A stretch of DNA of 56,119 nucleotides from a virus (IMGVR_UViG_3300036801_000212:64001-120119), one strand, 5' to 3'. Positions 39,449-47,988 are shown, counted from the stretch's first letter. Notes: generated from the letters alone by a model not told the origin. Numbers and translations are program-made.

Positions 39449-40432
39449 ATGAAGATTCTGTATTCGCTGATGGCGATTCTTGCCGCGCTGGCAATGACTA
39501 CCGGCGTGGCTCAGGCTAACGGTCACGGTCCACACGGCCATGGCCATTCCATTTCGTGTACCGGTACCGCAGGTGGCACCTGTACCCCGACTCTTCCTAA
39601 CGGGCACATTCTCCCGCCGTGCACCATCACTACCGGCACCACGTGTTCAGACACTGTCGGCGGTTTCGGTGGCCGTGGCGGTTTGGGTGGGCGTTTCGGT
39701 GGCTACCCGGGACTTCCGATGGGATTCCCGCAACTGCTGAATGGCAACCTTCTCTCCCTCGAAGCTTTGGGTGTCGTCGGAGTCAACGCCAATATCGACG
39801 TGTGCGGCTACCCGTCGTTCCAGGATTTCGATGCCTTCGCTGGTCCGCACTATGGTGCCGGTTGGGGAATGGCTCGGGGTCGTTGGTTCCAGGCTCAGCA
39901 GGCCCAGCAGGAATGGCTGGCATTGCGTAATGCCGCCGGGTGTGGCACAGTGCTTAACAGTTTCAACCAGTTCAACGGATTCAACGAGTTCCCGGGGATG
40001 CTGAACGGCCAGAATTTCAACCTCCAGCAGTATGGTGGGGGTCTGGTGAATCTCTGCGCCTATTCGAACTTCAACTCTTTCGATGGCTACCTGGGTTCTC
40101 GCCTCGGTTCTCGCTGGGGTGGTCGTGGCGGTCTGCGTGGACGCTTCGGTAATCAGAATGCGTGGTCGAACAACTTCAACCAGTTACGCAACCAGGTTGG
40201 CTGTCCGGTAGTTGTTACTCCCGGCGCGTATCAGCCTCCCGTGATCCAGCCGCAGCCTGTGATTCAGCCTCAGCCTGTTGTGGAACCGCAGCCTGTGATT
40301 GTTCCTCAGCCCGCTCCGGCACCCGCGGTGACTCCCGCTCCTCCGGTTGGCCCGACCATCATCGAGGTTCCGGAAGGTCCGCCGAATACTGGGGATTCCG
40401 GTCTCGCGCCGGATGCTAGGTGGGTCGACTAG
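39449..40432 (+). CDS. secreted protein, candidate sortase substrate
   Basis: Signal peptide ending AQA, two Cys-bounded repeats, PQPV stalk and C-terminal VPEGPPNTG. Confidence 0.75.
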   Translation: MKILYSLMAILAALAMTTGVAQANGHGPHGHGHSISCTGTAGGTCTPTLPNGHILPPCTITTGTTCSDTVGGFGGRGGLGGRFGGYPGLPMGFPQLLNGNLLSLEALGVVGVNANIDVCGYPSFQDFDAFAGPHYGAGWGMARGRWFQAQQAQQEWLALRNAAGCGTVLNSFNQFNGFNEFPGMLNGQNFNLQQYGGGLVNLCAYSNFNSFDGYLGSRLGSRWGGRGGLRGRFGNQNAWSNNFNQLRNQVGCPVVVTPGAYQPPVIQPQPVIQPQPVVEPQPVIVPQPAPAPAVTPAPPVGPTIIEVPEGPPNTGDSGLAPDARWVD

Positions 40433-40434
40433 AG

Positions 40435-41055
40435 ATGTTGCGAGTCCTTGGACTCATGCTGGTGGGAATGCTGGTGTCTTGTGGCTCCGGCATTCCCACT
40501 GCCGACCCGGTGCTGACTCCCGCGGCGATGCCGAGTTCAGCACCGGCTGTGCCCGCTCTCTCCTCCCGGCGGGTTATTCCCGTGGCTATTCGGATTCCCT
40601 CGATCAAGGTCGATGGTCGACAGATCATGGCGCTTGGACTGAACGGTGATCATTCGCTTCAGGTGCCACCGCTGAAGAATCCATTGGTCGCAGGCTGGTA
40701 CACCGGAGCGCCAGTACCCGGGAACCCAGGAAGTGGAATCATGGCCGCGCACGTCGATGCTGGAGGGGTTAAAGGACTCTTCTATCGTCTCTCCGAGATG
40801 AAGCCGGGCGACCTCGTCTTCGTCGACCGCTCGGATGGCAAAACGGCTGAGTTTAAGACCGCGAGCGTGGATAAATATTGCAAGGACGCAGTCGGTTGCC
40901 CGGCGGGCGAGAAAGTGTTCCCTTCGAAGCTGTTCTATAGCAGCCAGCCTCAAGCGCAACTGCATCTCACGACTTGCGGCGGCAGATATGACGCGAAAGA
41001 TCGTAACTACCTGGAATCCATAGTCGTGATTTCAACTCTGGTAAGCATGAGCTGA
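40435..41055 (+). CDS. class F sortase (lipoprotein)
   Basis: LVSC lipobox; P..IRIPSI, VAGWY..AP.PG..G..IMAAHVD, LFYRL..MKPGD.V and LHLTTCGG motifs. Confidence 0.85.
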   Translation: MLRVLGLMLVGMLVSCGSGIPTADPVLTPAAMPSSAPAVPALSSRRVIPVAIRIPSIKVDGRQIMALGLNGDHSLQVPPLKNPLVAGWYTGAPVPGNPGSGIMAAHVDAGGVKGLFYRLSEMKPGDLVFVDRSDGKTAEFKTASVDKYCKDAVGCPAGEKVFPSKLFYSSQPQAQLHLTTCGGRYDAKDRNYLESIVVISTLVSMS

Positions 41056-41064
41056 GAGGCTTCG

Positions 41065-41964
41065 ATGACTTCTGGCCTCGATTACTACAGTGGCGCCACG
41101 ATCAACCCTGCGGACATCGCGGCGGCCAATTATTCGTTCGTCTGCCGCTACGTAGACAACCCTGTTTATGGCCTCGGCGCGAAAGACATCACCCAGGTCG
41201 AGTACTACGAGTTGATCCGTGCTGGACTGAGTGTCTATCTCGTCTTCGAACACACCGCACAGGACTACGCTGCCGGGTTCCTGGGCGGTGTGGTAAATGC
41301 GCAAAGAGCGTTAGCTGGCGCGCAGTGGCTCGATTACTCTGGGCCGATATTCATGTCAGTTGACACGCATCTCGACGCGCAGCAAATTCCCGTAGCCATC
41401 AGCTATCTTGACGGAGCTCAACACATCCTCGCGACCAAGCTGGGTGTCTATGGCTTCAGTGAACTGATCCAGGCATGCCAGGCCCAGAATGTCGGGGCTT
41501 ACTTTTGGCAGGCCGGCGATAAACCAGCGCCGAATTCCGGCGTGCATCTATGGCAGGAAAACAACAACACGGTAACCATCGATGGCACCCCGTGCGACGT
41601 CGACTTGATGTTACTTCCGATGCCGCCTCCGGAGGAAGATATGACACCCGATCAATCGGCGATGCTCACGGCGCTCTACCAGTATGTATCCGGCAGTGCC
41701 GAGGTCGTTCCGCAGGGAACATCATGGCCGGGATGGCAGACGTGGCCGGGAGGATCAGACCAGAGTCTCTCAGCGACAGACTATCTCCGCCAAGCCAATG
41801 TGGACATCACTCTCCTGAAAGCCGAGATCGCAGCTATCAAAGCCACTATGGATTCACTTTCTGTGGGTCAAGAAGGTAGCTTCGGTAATCTCTCGCCGGA
41901 GGACATTTCCCGAATCGCCGCGGCGGTGATGGAGTCAATGGCAAGTAAACTCGGTGGCTCCTGA
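41065..41964 (+). CDS. endolysin, DUF1906 / GH25-like glycoside hydrolase
   Basis: GLDY...FVCRYV...VYLVFE...PIFMSVD...GVYG...YFWQ...HLWQ...CDVD pattern. Confidence 0.85.
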   Translation: MTSGLDYYSGATINPADIAAANYSFVCRYVDNPVYGLGAKDITQVEYYELIRAGLSVYLVFEHTAQDYAAGFLGGVVNAQRALAGAQWLDYSGPIFMSVDTHLDAQQIPVAISYLDGAQHILATKLGVYGFSELIQACQAQNVGAYFWQAGDKPAPNSGVHLWQENNNTVTIDGTPCDVDLMLLPMPPPEEDMTPDQSAMLTALYQYVSGSAEVVPQGTSWPGWQTWPGGSDQSLSATDYLRQANVDITLLKAEIAAIKATMDSLSVGQEGSFGNLSPEDISRIAAAVMESMASKLGGS

Positions 41965-42171
41965 ATGTGTCGCTACGTCTGGTTCGCATGGCTCGGTGTC
42001 GGCATATACCTTGAGTGGCGCGGTTTCAACCACGATTGCCATCGTACGTTTTCCCGGGAAGTGCACCACTGGACCCATGTGAAGCGCTGTCAATGGTCGC
42101 CGCTTCTATGGGTCGCACTAGGGATCTGGTTCTCTTACCATCTTCGCGTACTCAAAGATTTGGAAGCTTGA
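41965..42171 (+). CDS. small membrane protein
   Basis: Two Trp-rich hydrophobic stretches. Confidence 0.5.
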   Translation: MCRYVWFAWLGVGIYLEWRGFNHDCHRTFSREVHHWTHVKRCQWSPLLWVALGIWFSYHLRVLKDLEA

Positions 42172-42464
42172 TGTTCACCTGGGTTTTCTGGAAGGCCACA
42201 CTATCTGCGGCGATTACCGCTTTCGCATACACGCTTATTGGCGTCTTGGGTACGGGACCGTCGGGGCTTGACTTCTTCTCGATCGATTGGAAGCACGCGC
42301 TGGGCGTCTCGCTTGTGGTCGCGCTGGTTGCGATTTTGCACGCCATTGTGCCGGTCGCACCGCAGGTGGCAGCAGTGCGACGTCTCCGCACTTCGCCGAC
42401 CGTTCCGATGGCCCCCGTGGAGGCAGTCCCTCATCGGGGTGAACACGAGGCGCCGGATTCGTAA
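42171..42464 (+). CDS. holin (r1t-like)
   Basis: FWKA...AITAFAYTLIGVLG...IDW..ALGVSLV pattern; after the endolysin. Confidence 0.75.
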   Translation: MFTWVFWKATLSAAITAFAYTLIGVLGTGPSGLDFFSIDWKHALGVSLVVALVAILHAIVPVAPQVAAVRRLRTSPTVPMAPVEAVPHRGEHEAPDS

Positions 42465-42667
42465 ATGTCCACACTGCGGTTTGGTGTTCCGCAGGTGGAC
42501 GACACGCAACGCGATTTTGGATAGGGACCTGCACGCCGTGGTGTGCCCTCTGAATCCGCCTAGGTGAGAGCTCCGGAATTCGGGACCGGGGACCCTTAGG
42601 TGGAGTGTCTCCCCGTGCGCCTTGCAGCCTCTGGCTCGGCGCCGGGGAGATGCTTTACGACAAGAAT

Positions 42668-42712
42668 TGGCCTAGCTTCTCTTAACTGAGAGGCTAGGCC
42701 ATCTTTTTTTTT
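42668..42712 (+). terminator. intrinsic terminator ending the late operon
   Basis: TGGCCTAGC/GCTAGGCCA stem followed by a 9-T run. Confidence 0.85.
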
Positions 42713-42734
42713 GCCCAAAATCAGCGCAAGAAAG

Positions 42735-42765
42735 GACCCCCGCCACGTAGCCTGTGACGGGGGTC
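42735..42765 (-). terminator. terminator hairpin downstream of the ncRNA pair
   Basis: GACCCCCGTCAC/GTGGCGGGGGTC 12-bp stem followed by CTTTCTT. Confidence 0.7.
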
Positions 42766-42799
42766 AGCAAGTTAGACCGCGAAGAACGCTGCCACAGTT

Positions 42800-42912
42800 G
42801 ACGACAGATCAACTTGAGGGTCGGTGTGCGATGCCGTTACGCCACGGGGGTATGGATTTTGGCACCCCCGCCGGGGGTCGAACCCGGGTCCCACCAATCG
42901 GTGCCTGTCGCC
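42800..42912 (-). ncRNA. circularly permuted tRNA-like RNA (YrlA-like), unit B
   Basis: 5'->3': GGCGACAG, TGGTG, T arm CCGGG-TTCGACC-CCCGG, CGGGGGT-GCCAAAATCCAT-ACCCCCG looped acceptor stem, D arm GCG-TAACGGCAT-CGC, CACCG, CTGTCGTC. All stems pair. Confidence 0.7.
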
Positions 42913-42949
42913 CGAAGATGCAGCGAATGCAGTTGTCAGTAACTTGGAG

Positions 42950-43062
42950 CGTGCGAGAATAACCTTGGGGTCGCAGCCTGGCGCCTCTGCCAATTGGGCT
43001 ATCCCGGCATGTGGTGCCGGGAGTAGGGTTCGAACCTACACTGAACAGGCTAGCGGTGACAC
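42950..43062 (-). ncRNA. circularly permuted tRNA-like RNA (YrlA-like), unit A
   Basis: 5'->3': CGCTAGCCTG, T arm GTAGG-TTCGAAC-CCTAC, TCCCGGC-ACCACAT-GCCGGGA looped acceptor stem, D arm GCC-CAATTGGCAGA-GGC, CAGGCTGCG. Outer boundaries are approximate. Confidence 0.65.
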
Positions 43063-43114
43063 GGAAAAGAATCTTAATCTTGCGCTCCTGCGCACCACTA
43101 GCCTAGCACGATTT

Positions 43115-43855
43115 CTAGTCGAACAGGTACCCAAGAATCCGTGCACCGACTACGGGCTCCACAGCTTCCACGCGGTTCGCCTGCTCCCGTGCCGCATGAA
43201 CCGCGGCACGCAGCGTGGAAATGCGACGAAGCAACGTCTCTCGACGAGATACTGGTACCGCACCTGAGAACTTGATTCGCGTCCACGTCCCAGCGGTGAC
43301 CTGCTCGGCAACCACCTGGGCCTGCGCCTGATGCTTATCGGTGGCCGCCGCCAGGGTGATTACCTTGTGCTGCTGCACCTGCCGAGAGGTCTTGACTGGA
43401 GTGGATTTATACACGCCGCGAGACTCCGCAAGCTCCCAAATCGTGCTCGGGCTGTGCGTGGGGATGCGGGTCACGAACGCCTGCAGATCATCCAACTGGC
43501 GGTCCAGCCACAGAATGTACGGGACCGGCGCACTCTCAACCAGTGTCTGCTCTCCGACTATGATGTCAGCCATCGCGGTGCCAGAGGAGTTGGTGAAGTC
43601 TCGAGCAGCGGTGACGTCGAAGAGGCTCGCCAGAGTTTCCCGGGTGGCCTCGACCATCTCCTCAACGGTGGCCTGCACCCGAGCTCCCTCAGATGGAAGC
43701 TGCTCTCCTCCGTCGAAGGCCGGCTCGTAATCGCCGGTCAGCCCTTCCAGAAGCGCGGGCTTGTCGAGCGCGTGGTAAGTGTCGGTCAACTTCCGTGCCG
43801 CTGCCTTGCGAACGTCAGCCTCGATCGCTACGACCTGGCCAAGATACTTCGTCAT
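43115..43855 (-). CDS. conserved uncharacterised protein (DUF7873-like)
   Basis: GEQLP.E..RVQ, LFDVTA.RD..N, PVPY.L.L..QL.DL and KFSGA.P motifs recalled from a widespread actinobacterial family. Confidence 0.7.
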   Translation of the reverse strand: MTKYLGQVVAIEADVRKAAARKLTDTYHALDKPALLEGLTGDYEPAFDGGEQLPSEGARVQATVEEMVEATRETLASLFDVTAARDFTNSSGTAMADIIVGEQTLVESAPVPYILWLDRQLDDLQAFVTRIPTHSPSTIWELAESRGVYKSTPVKTSRQVQQHKVITLAAATDKHQAQAQVVAEQVTAGTWTRIKFSGAVPVSRRETLLRRISTLRAAVHAAREQANRVEAVEPVVGARILGYLFD

Positions 43856-43960
43856 GCGGGATTCTCCCGATAGTTGATACGAAAAATCATCACTGTTGCA
43901 AATCTACCAGATTGAGCGGCTGAAGGGTGAGGCGAGGTGCAGAAGCGACGGTAAGGTCAG

Positions 43961-44176
43961 CTAGCAGTCGGCTACCACTATGCAGTTGTCCCAATCCAAA
44001 TCAGCGACATGCTCAGCACCCCACTCGCGCCGGACGAGTTCCTTCGCCCACTCAAAATAATCTTCTCCCCACGGGTGATCGAAGAAGAACTCTTCATTGT
44101 CGTCACCCTTAATGGTGTGGCCACAGCATCCCGTTGCGCAGCCAAACCCTGAGTGGTATACAACGATCTTAGCCAT
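43961..44176 (-). CDS. small acidic protein with CxxGCCGH motif
   Basis: Overlaps the upstream gene; YHSGFGCATGCCGH. Confidence 0.6.
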   Translation of the reverse strand: MAKIVVYHSGFGCATGCCGHTIKGDDNEEFFFDHPWGEDYFEWAKELVRREWGAEHVADLDWDNCIVVADC

Positions 44177-44744
44177 TCGTCTCCCGGATGATCGTGGTGA
44201 GCTGATTAATACTCACCGGCCGCCAGTCCCACATGTCAACACCTACGTTAATCTGGCGATCCTTCACTTTCCACGCATCCTGTACATGACCGTGGATCAA
44301 CCAAAGTCCAGTGTCCTTCAGTCGGTAGGTCGTGTAACGCTCATCCTCCGTGTGATCTCCCCCGTAGGGGAAGTGACTTAAGAGAACATCCTGACCGTCT
44401 ATTCGACGTCGTGCATAAGCCTGTACTGACTCCCAGACTTCAAGCCACGTACGTTGGTGTCTGTGTGAATCTTTATGTCCGGGCCATACGTCATCATGAT
44501 TACCGGTGATCAAATGCTTGTGGCCGTTGAGTCGGGAAACTCTCTCGAGGATTCCCGCTTCCGAACCCATCCCGACATCCCCGAGATGCCAGACTTGATC
44601 TCCCGCGCGGACGATCTTGTTCCACTCTTGGATCAGATGCTCGTCGTGTTCTTCGACTGTCTCAAAAGGTCTCCAGCCTTTACCTTCGGCGGCCATAGCT
44701 TTGTGGCCGAAGTGGGAATCGGCTGTGAACCAGATTTCAGTCAC
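44169..44744 (-). CDS. calcineurin-like metallophosphoesterase
   Basis: FTADSHFGH, WHLGDV, ITGNHD, LSHFP and IHGHVQ motifs. Confidence 0.9.
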   Translation of the reverse strand: MTEIWFTADSHFGHKAMAAEGKGWRPFETVEEHDEHLIQEWNKIVRAGDQVWHLGDVGMGSEAGILERVSRLNGHKHLITGNHDDVWPGHKDSHRHQRTWLEVWESVQAYARRRIDGQDVLLSHFPYGGDHTEDERYTTYRLKDTGLWLIHGHVQDAWKVKDRQINVGVDMWDWRPVSINQLTTIIRETNG

Positions 44745-45446
44745 TCAAACGTCAACTTTCCTCCGACACACATATAGTCGATCGTGCAGTCCAGCCCATT
44801 GCGGGATGTCCACCGATTCTATCTCTTCGAAGAGGGATTCAGTGCTGCAGCTATCGCAAGTTTCTTGACCTTCGTCATGCCAGCAGTTGTCACTCAATCC
44901 CAGAAGTGAATGCATCTTGTCGTCTCCGGTGCATCCGCCATTACCTTCGCCGATATAAATTATCGTATCGCCGGAGTAGAGTTCCACAACTTCATGCGTC
45001 CAGTCCTCGGAATAGCAGGGCCAACAGAGGAGTAGCGTACGATTTGGCGAACCGATAACCACGGTGTGATCACCAGTCAAGACCTCGGTGAAAGGTTCCG
45101 AAAGCGACCAACTGTCATCCCCGGGAGTCTTGTCGAACGCGAGCACATCAAGTCCGCGCTGGCGAAGAAGCGAAGCCCAATAACCCGCACCGGCACCGAT
45201 CTCAATCAGGCCAGTTGGGGAGTAGCGAATGATGGCATCCAAGGCTTTGTCATTCGGAATGGCCCAAGACCATGTCCGACGTTTTTCGTGCTGATGCTCA
45301 CCGTAATCTCGACATTCGATGCAGTATTCCCACGGCTGTCGTATATCTCCGCATAGACTCGGCATCGCGGAACCGTGACTCATCTGATGGTTGAGCATGC
45401 GTTCGTACTCGTCCAGATATGGGTTGTCTATTTGCTCAGTCAGCAC
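44745..45446 (-). CDS. class I SAM-dependent methyltransferase-like protein
   Basis: LIEIGAGAGYWA...VLAFD and LLLCWP motifs. Confidence 0.75.
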   Translation of the reverse strand: MLTEQIDNPYLDEYERMLNHQMSHGSAMPSLCGDIRQPWEYCIECRDYGEHQHEKRRTWSWAIPNDKALDAIIRYSPTGLIEIGAGAGYWASLLRQRGLDVLAFDKTPGDDSWSLSEPFTEVLTGDHTVVIGSPNRTLLLCWPCYSEDWTHEVVELYSGDTIIYIGEGNGGCTGDDKMHSLLGLSDNCWHDEGQETCDSCSTESLFEEIESVDIPQWAGLHDRLYVCRRKVDV

Positions 45447-45516
45447 TCCAGTTCAGCCTTCCGAATGTCGATCTCCGAGAAAATCTCGGACCACAGGTGC
45501 TCGAGGTCGACGTTAC

Positions 45517-46608
45517 TCATGATCTGACATCTCGCTCGAACGACGCGACGCCGCCAAGCCAGTCGCGGCGCTGTCGAACGACGCTGGTGCCCAGGGCCAC
45601 GCCGATGAACACCACGCCGAGGGAACCGACCAGCCACTCCGGCAGGTGCACGCCGTACAGCTTCAACAGCATCACCACGCCCAGGAGCAGAATGGCCCAA
45701 TGGGCGCCGTGTTCGAGGTACCGGTACTTGGCGAGGGTGCCGGTGCGGACGAGATGCACGGTCATGGACCGGACCCACATGGCGCCGGCTCCGAGACCGG
45801 CCATGATGACCAGGACGGCGGTAGTGATGGCGAACGCCCCGATCACCCCGTCGAACGAGAACGAGGCGTCCAGCACCTCCAGTCGGATGAACATGATGCC
45901 GGCAGCAGCACCGATCAGTACTTGCACTCTCTGCGTTTCACCCTCGTCGGGGTTGTCAAACGCGGCGCCGAACATGTCGAGGCCGACGTGCAGCAGCACC
46001 CCGATGATCGCGGCAACGAACACGGGAGTGCGCTGTCCGTCATCGACGGTGAAGAACGCGACCACCGCGACGGCGATCATGACGAAGATGGTGATGTTGT
46101 CGAATCGGCCCAGCGGGGCCAGACGCGACTCCAGCCAGCCGATCCAGTGGACGTCTTTCTCGGCGTCAAGGAAGTAGCTGACTCCGATCATGAGCAGGAA
46201 CGTGCCGCCGAACGCGCCGATCATCGGTCCGGCCTGCACCAGGTGCTGTGCGTACACGGCTGGCTGATGGACGGCCAGGTTGACGACGTCCCCGAAGGAC
46301 AGCCCGGCGGCGAGTTGCACGATGAAGATGGGCAGCGCGAACCGGACCACGAAGACGGCGACCAAGATGCCGGCGGTCATGAACGCCTTCTGCCAGACCG
46401 GGGACATGCGGGTGACCAGTTTCGAGTTGACGACAGCGTTGTCGAAGCTGAACGTCACCTCAAGGAGGGTCAGGATGACCGCGGTGAGTAGCGTCGCTGG
46501 GCCGGCCGCGACGGCGACAGCGGCCCAGGCGAAGACGGTGACGGCAGCGGAAGGGCCGTAGATGCCCCACAGGTTTACCCGGCTCCGCGCTGGGGCAGAA
46601 GCAGTCAC
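45517..46608 (-). CDS. TerC-like integral membrane protein (DUF475 type)
   Basis: LEVTFSFDNAVVN, LEVLDASFSFDGVIGAFAIT and YLEHGAHWAI motifs; GTG start overlaps the vWA stop. Confidence 0.85.
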   Translation of the reverse strand: MTASAPARSRVNLWGIYGPSAAVTVFAWAAVAVAAGPATLLTAVILTLLEVTFSFDNAVVNSKLVTRMSPVWQKAFMTAGILVAVFVVRFALPIFIVQLAAGLSFGDVVNLAVHQPAVYAQHLVQAGPMIGAFGGTFLLMIGVSYFLDAEKDVHWIGWLESRLAPLGRFDNITIFVMIAVAVVAFFTVDDGQRTPVFVAAIIGVLLHVGLDMFGAAFDNPDEGETQRVQVLIGAAAGIMFIRLEVLDASFSFDGVIGAFAITTAVLVIMAGLGAGAMWVRSMTVHLVRTGTLAKYRYLEHGAHWAILLLGVVMLLKLYGVHLPEWLVGSLGVVFIGVALGTSVVRQRRDWLGGVASFERDVRS

Positions 46609-47378
46609 GACAGCACGCCGGCCTTCGCCGCGGCGGCGACCCAGGAGTCCCACTCGTCGGCCATGGCGTCGGCGAACACCAGATCGGACACCGATGCGGG
46701 GTCGGCGAAGAACTGTGCGTTGACGTTGTCGAGTAGCCGGTTGTCGGGGCTCATGTTGTCAAGCTCATTGAGATAGGGGACGTCGCGGATGGCCAGGAAC
46801 TTCAGGAACACCGGGTAGCTCGCCAGCTTGCACACGATGTCGGTCGTCGCCGGCTGGGAGTTCGGGTTGCCGTCGGTCACAACCGCGCAGAAGATCGGCT
46901 CGGTGGTGGTCTCCGCCAGCTCCCGGACCGCGATGAGAGCCGATGCCAAATCGGTGGTGCCCATTCGCTCCGGCCGCCAAATCCGCTGGTTGACGACGCC
47001 GCGGTAGTTGTCGACGGTCACATCGACGGCGGGATGGACGCACGAGTCAAACGGGATCACGGGGACGGTGCCGTCCAGGTCGATCTGCAAGGCGAACCCC
47101 AACACCCGCTCCACGAGGGTCTGGACCTTGCCGTTGGCGTAATCGGCGCGCATCGACCCGGAGTGGTCGAGCGCCAACACAGCCTGCGCGCGAATCCCGG
47201 CCAGGCCCCGCTTGGACAGGGCGATACCGGCTTTGTCGGCGCGCTTGGCCAGGTCGATGTGTCCGGCGTCGCGGACCTTCGACAGATTGATCGCTGAGTT
47301 TCCGGTGGAATCCTTGATCAGGTTGACGGTCCGCGACGGACGGAAAACGTCACCGCCTTTACGATTGAACAAGCGCAT
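46605..47378 (-). CDS. vWA-domain protein (Ter-associated)
   Basis: MIDAS motif LALDHSGSM, GTTD, VVTDG; LDNVNAQF. Confidence 0.85.
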   Translation of the reverse strand: MRLFNRKGGDVFRPSRTVNLIKDSTGNSAINLSKVRDAGHIDLAKRADKAGIALSKRGLAGIRAQAVLALDHSGSMRADYANGKVQTLVERVLGFALQIDLDGTVPVIPFDSCVHPAVDVTVDNYRGVVNQRIWRPERMGTTDLASALIAVRELAETTTEPIFCAVVTDGNPNSQPATTDIVCKLASYPVFLKFLAIRDVPYLNELDNMSPDNRLLDNVNAQFFADPASVSDLVFADAMADEWDSWVAAAAKAGVLS

Positions 47379-47406
47379 GCCAGTTGCCTCTCGAATAGGG
47401 ATGGGA

Positions 47407-47988
47407 TCAGCCGATGTGGTACGCGGTTACGAGCCCCTGGAGTTCACTGGTGAAGCCATCACCGATGGCCCGGAAATTCCACGCCTGCCCGCGGCGGTAC
47501 AGCTTGCCGAACACCAGCGAGTTGACCCCGGCGTTGGTGTCCTCGGTGAGGTCGTAGCGGGCCAGCTCGGTATTGGTGGTCTCGTCGACAACGCGGACGA
47601 AAGCGTCCTCCACCAGCCCGAAGTTCTGGCCACCTCTCGCCTTGGCCTCGTGGATCGTCACCGCCACCACCAGTTCGGTAACGTCGGCCGGTACTCGTGC
47701 CAGGTCGATCAGGATTTGCTCGTCGTCGCCGTCGCCACCGCCGGTGAGGTTGTCGCCCTGATGCACGATCACGTCGCCCGGGGCCGCCATGTGGTTGTAG
47801 AAGACGAACCATTCGGGGCTCGCACACGCGCCCGAGGAGTTGAGTCCGATGATGGAAGCGTCGAGGTCGTAGGCGGGTCCGTCGGTACGACGGACGTCCC
47901 AACCCAATCCGATGCGGACCTTGGTGAGAGCGCCACCGGCTTCCTTGGACAGGTCCACCTTGCCGCCCTTGGACAGGTTGATCGCCAT
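47407..47988 (-). CDS. terD: TerD-family protein
   Basis: INLSKGGKVDL, GLGWD, DLDAS, FVFYN, GDNLTG.GDGDDEQI and WNFRAIG motifs; GAAGGG RBS before ATG 47988. Confidence 0.9.
   Translation of the reverse strand: MAINLSKGGKVDLSKEAGGALTKVRIGLGWDVRRTDGPAYDLDASIIGLNSSGACASPEWFVFYNHMAAPGDVIVHQGDNLTGGGDGDDEQILIDLARVPADVTELVVAVTIHEAKARGGQNFGLVEDAFVRVVDETTNTELARYDLTEDTNAGVNSLVFGKLYRRGQAWNFRAIGDGFTSELQGLVTAYHIG

Noticed and set aside
42439-42567. Tiny Zn-finger ORF (CPHC...H...C) after the holin
   Set aside because: Only 42 codons, overlapping the holin, with no clear RBS; insufficient support.
42800-43062. Canonical tRNA genes, or a tRNA with an intron
   Set aside because: The halves are in reverse order. 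The 5' strand of unit A (GCCGGGA) does not match the downstream acceptor strand CGGGGGT, and no 7-nt anticodon loop forms.
42800-43062. Two-piece tmRNA
   Set aside because: True D stems are present, there is no G3-U70 alanine identity, and no tag ORF or pseudoknot region fits.
46605-47378. vWA protein as the Ro60/Rsr partner of the Y-like RNAs
   Set aside because: At 257 aa it has no room for a TROVE HEAT-repeat ring, and its context is the Ter cassette.
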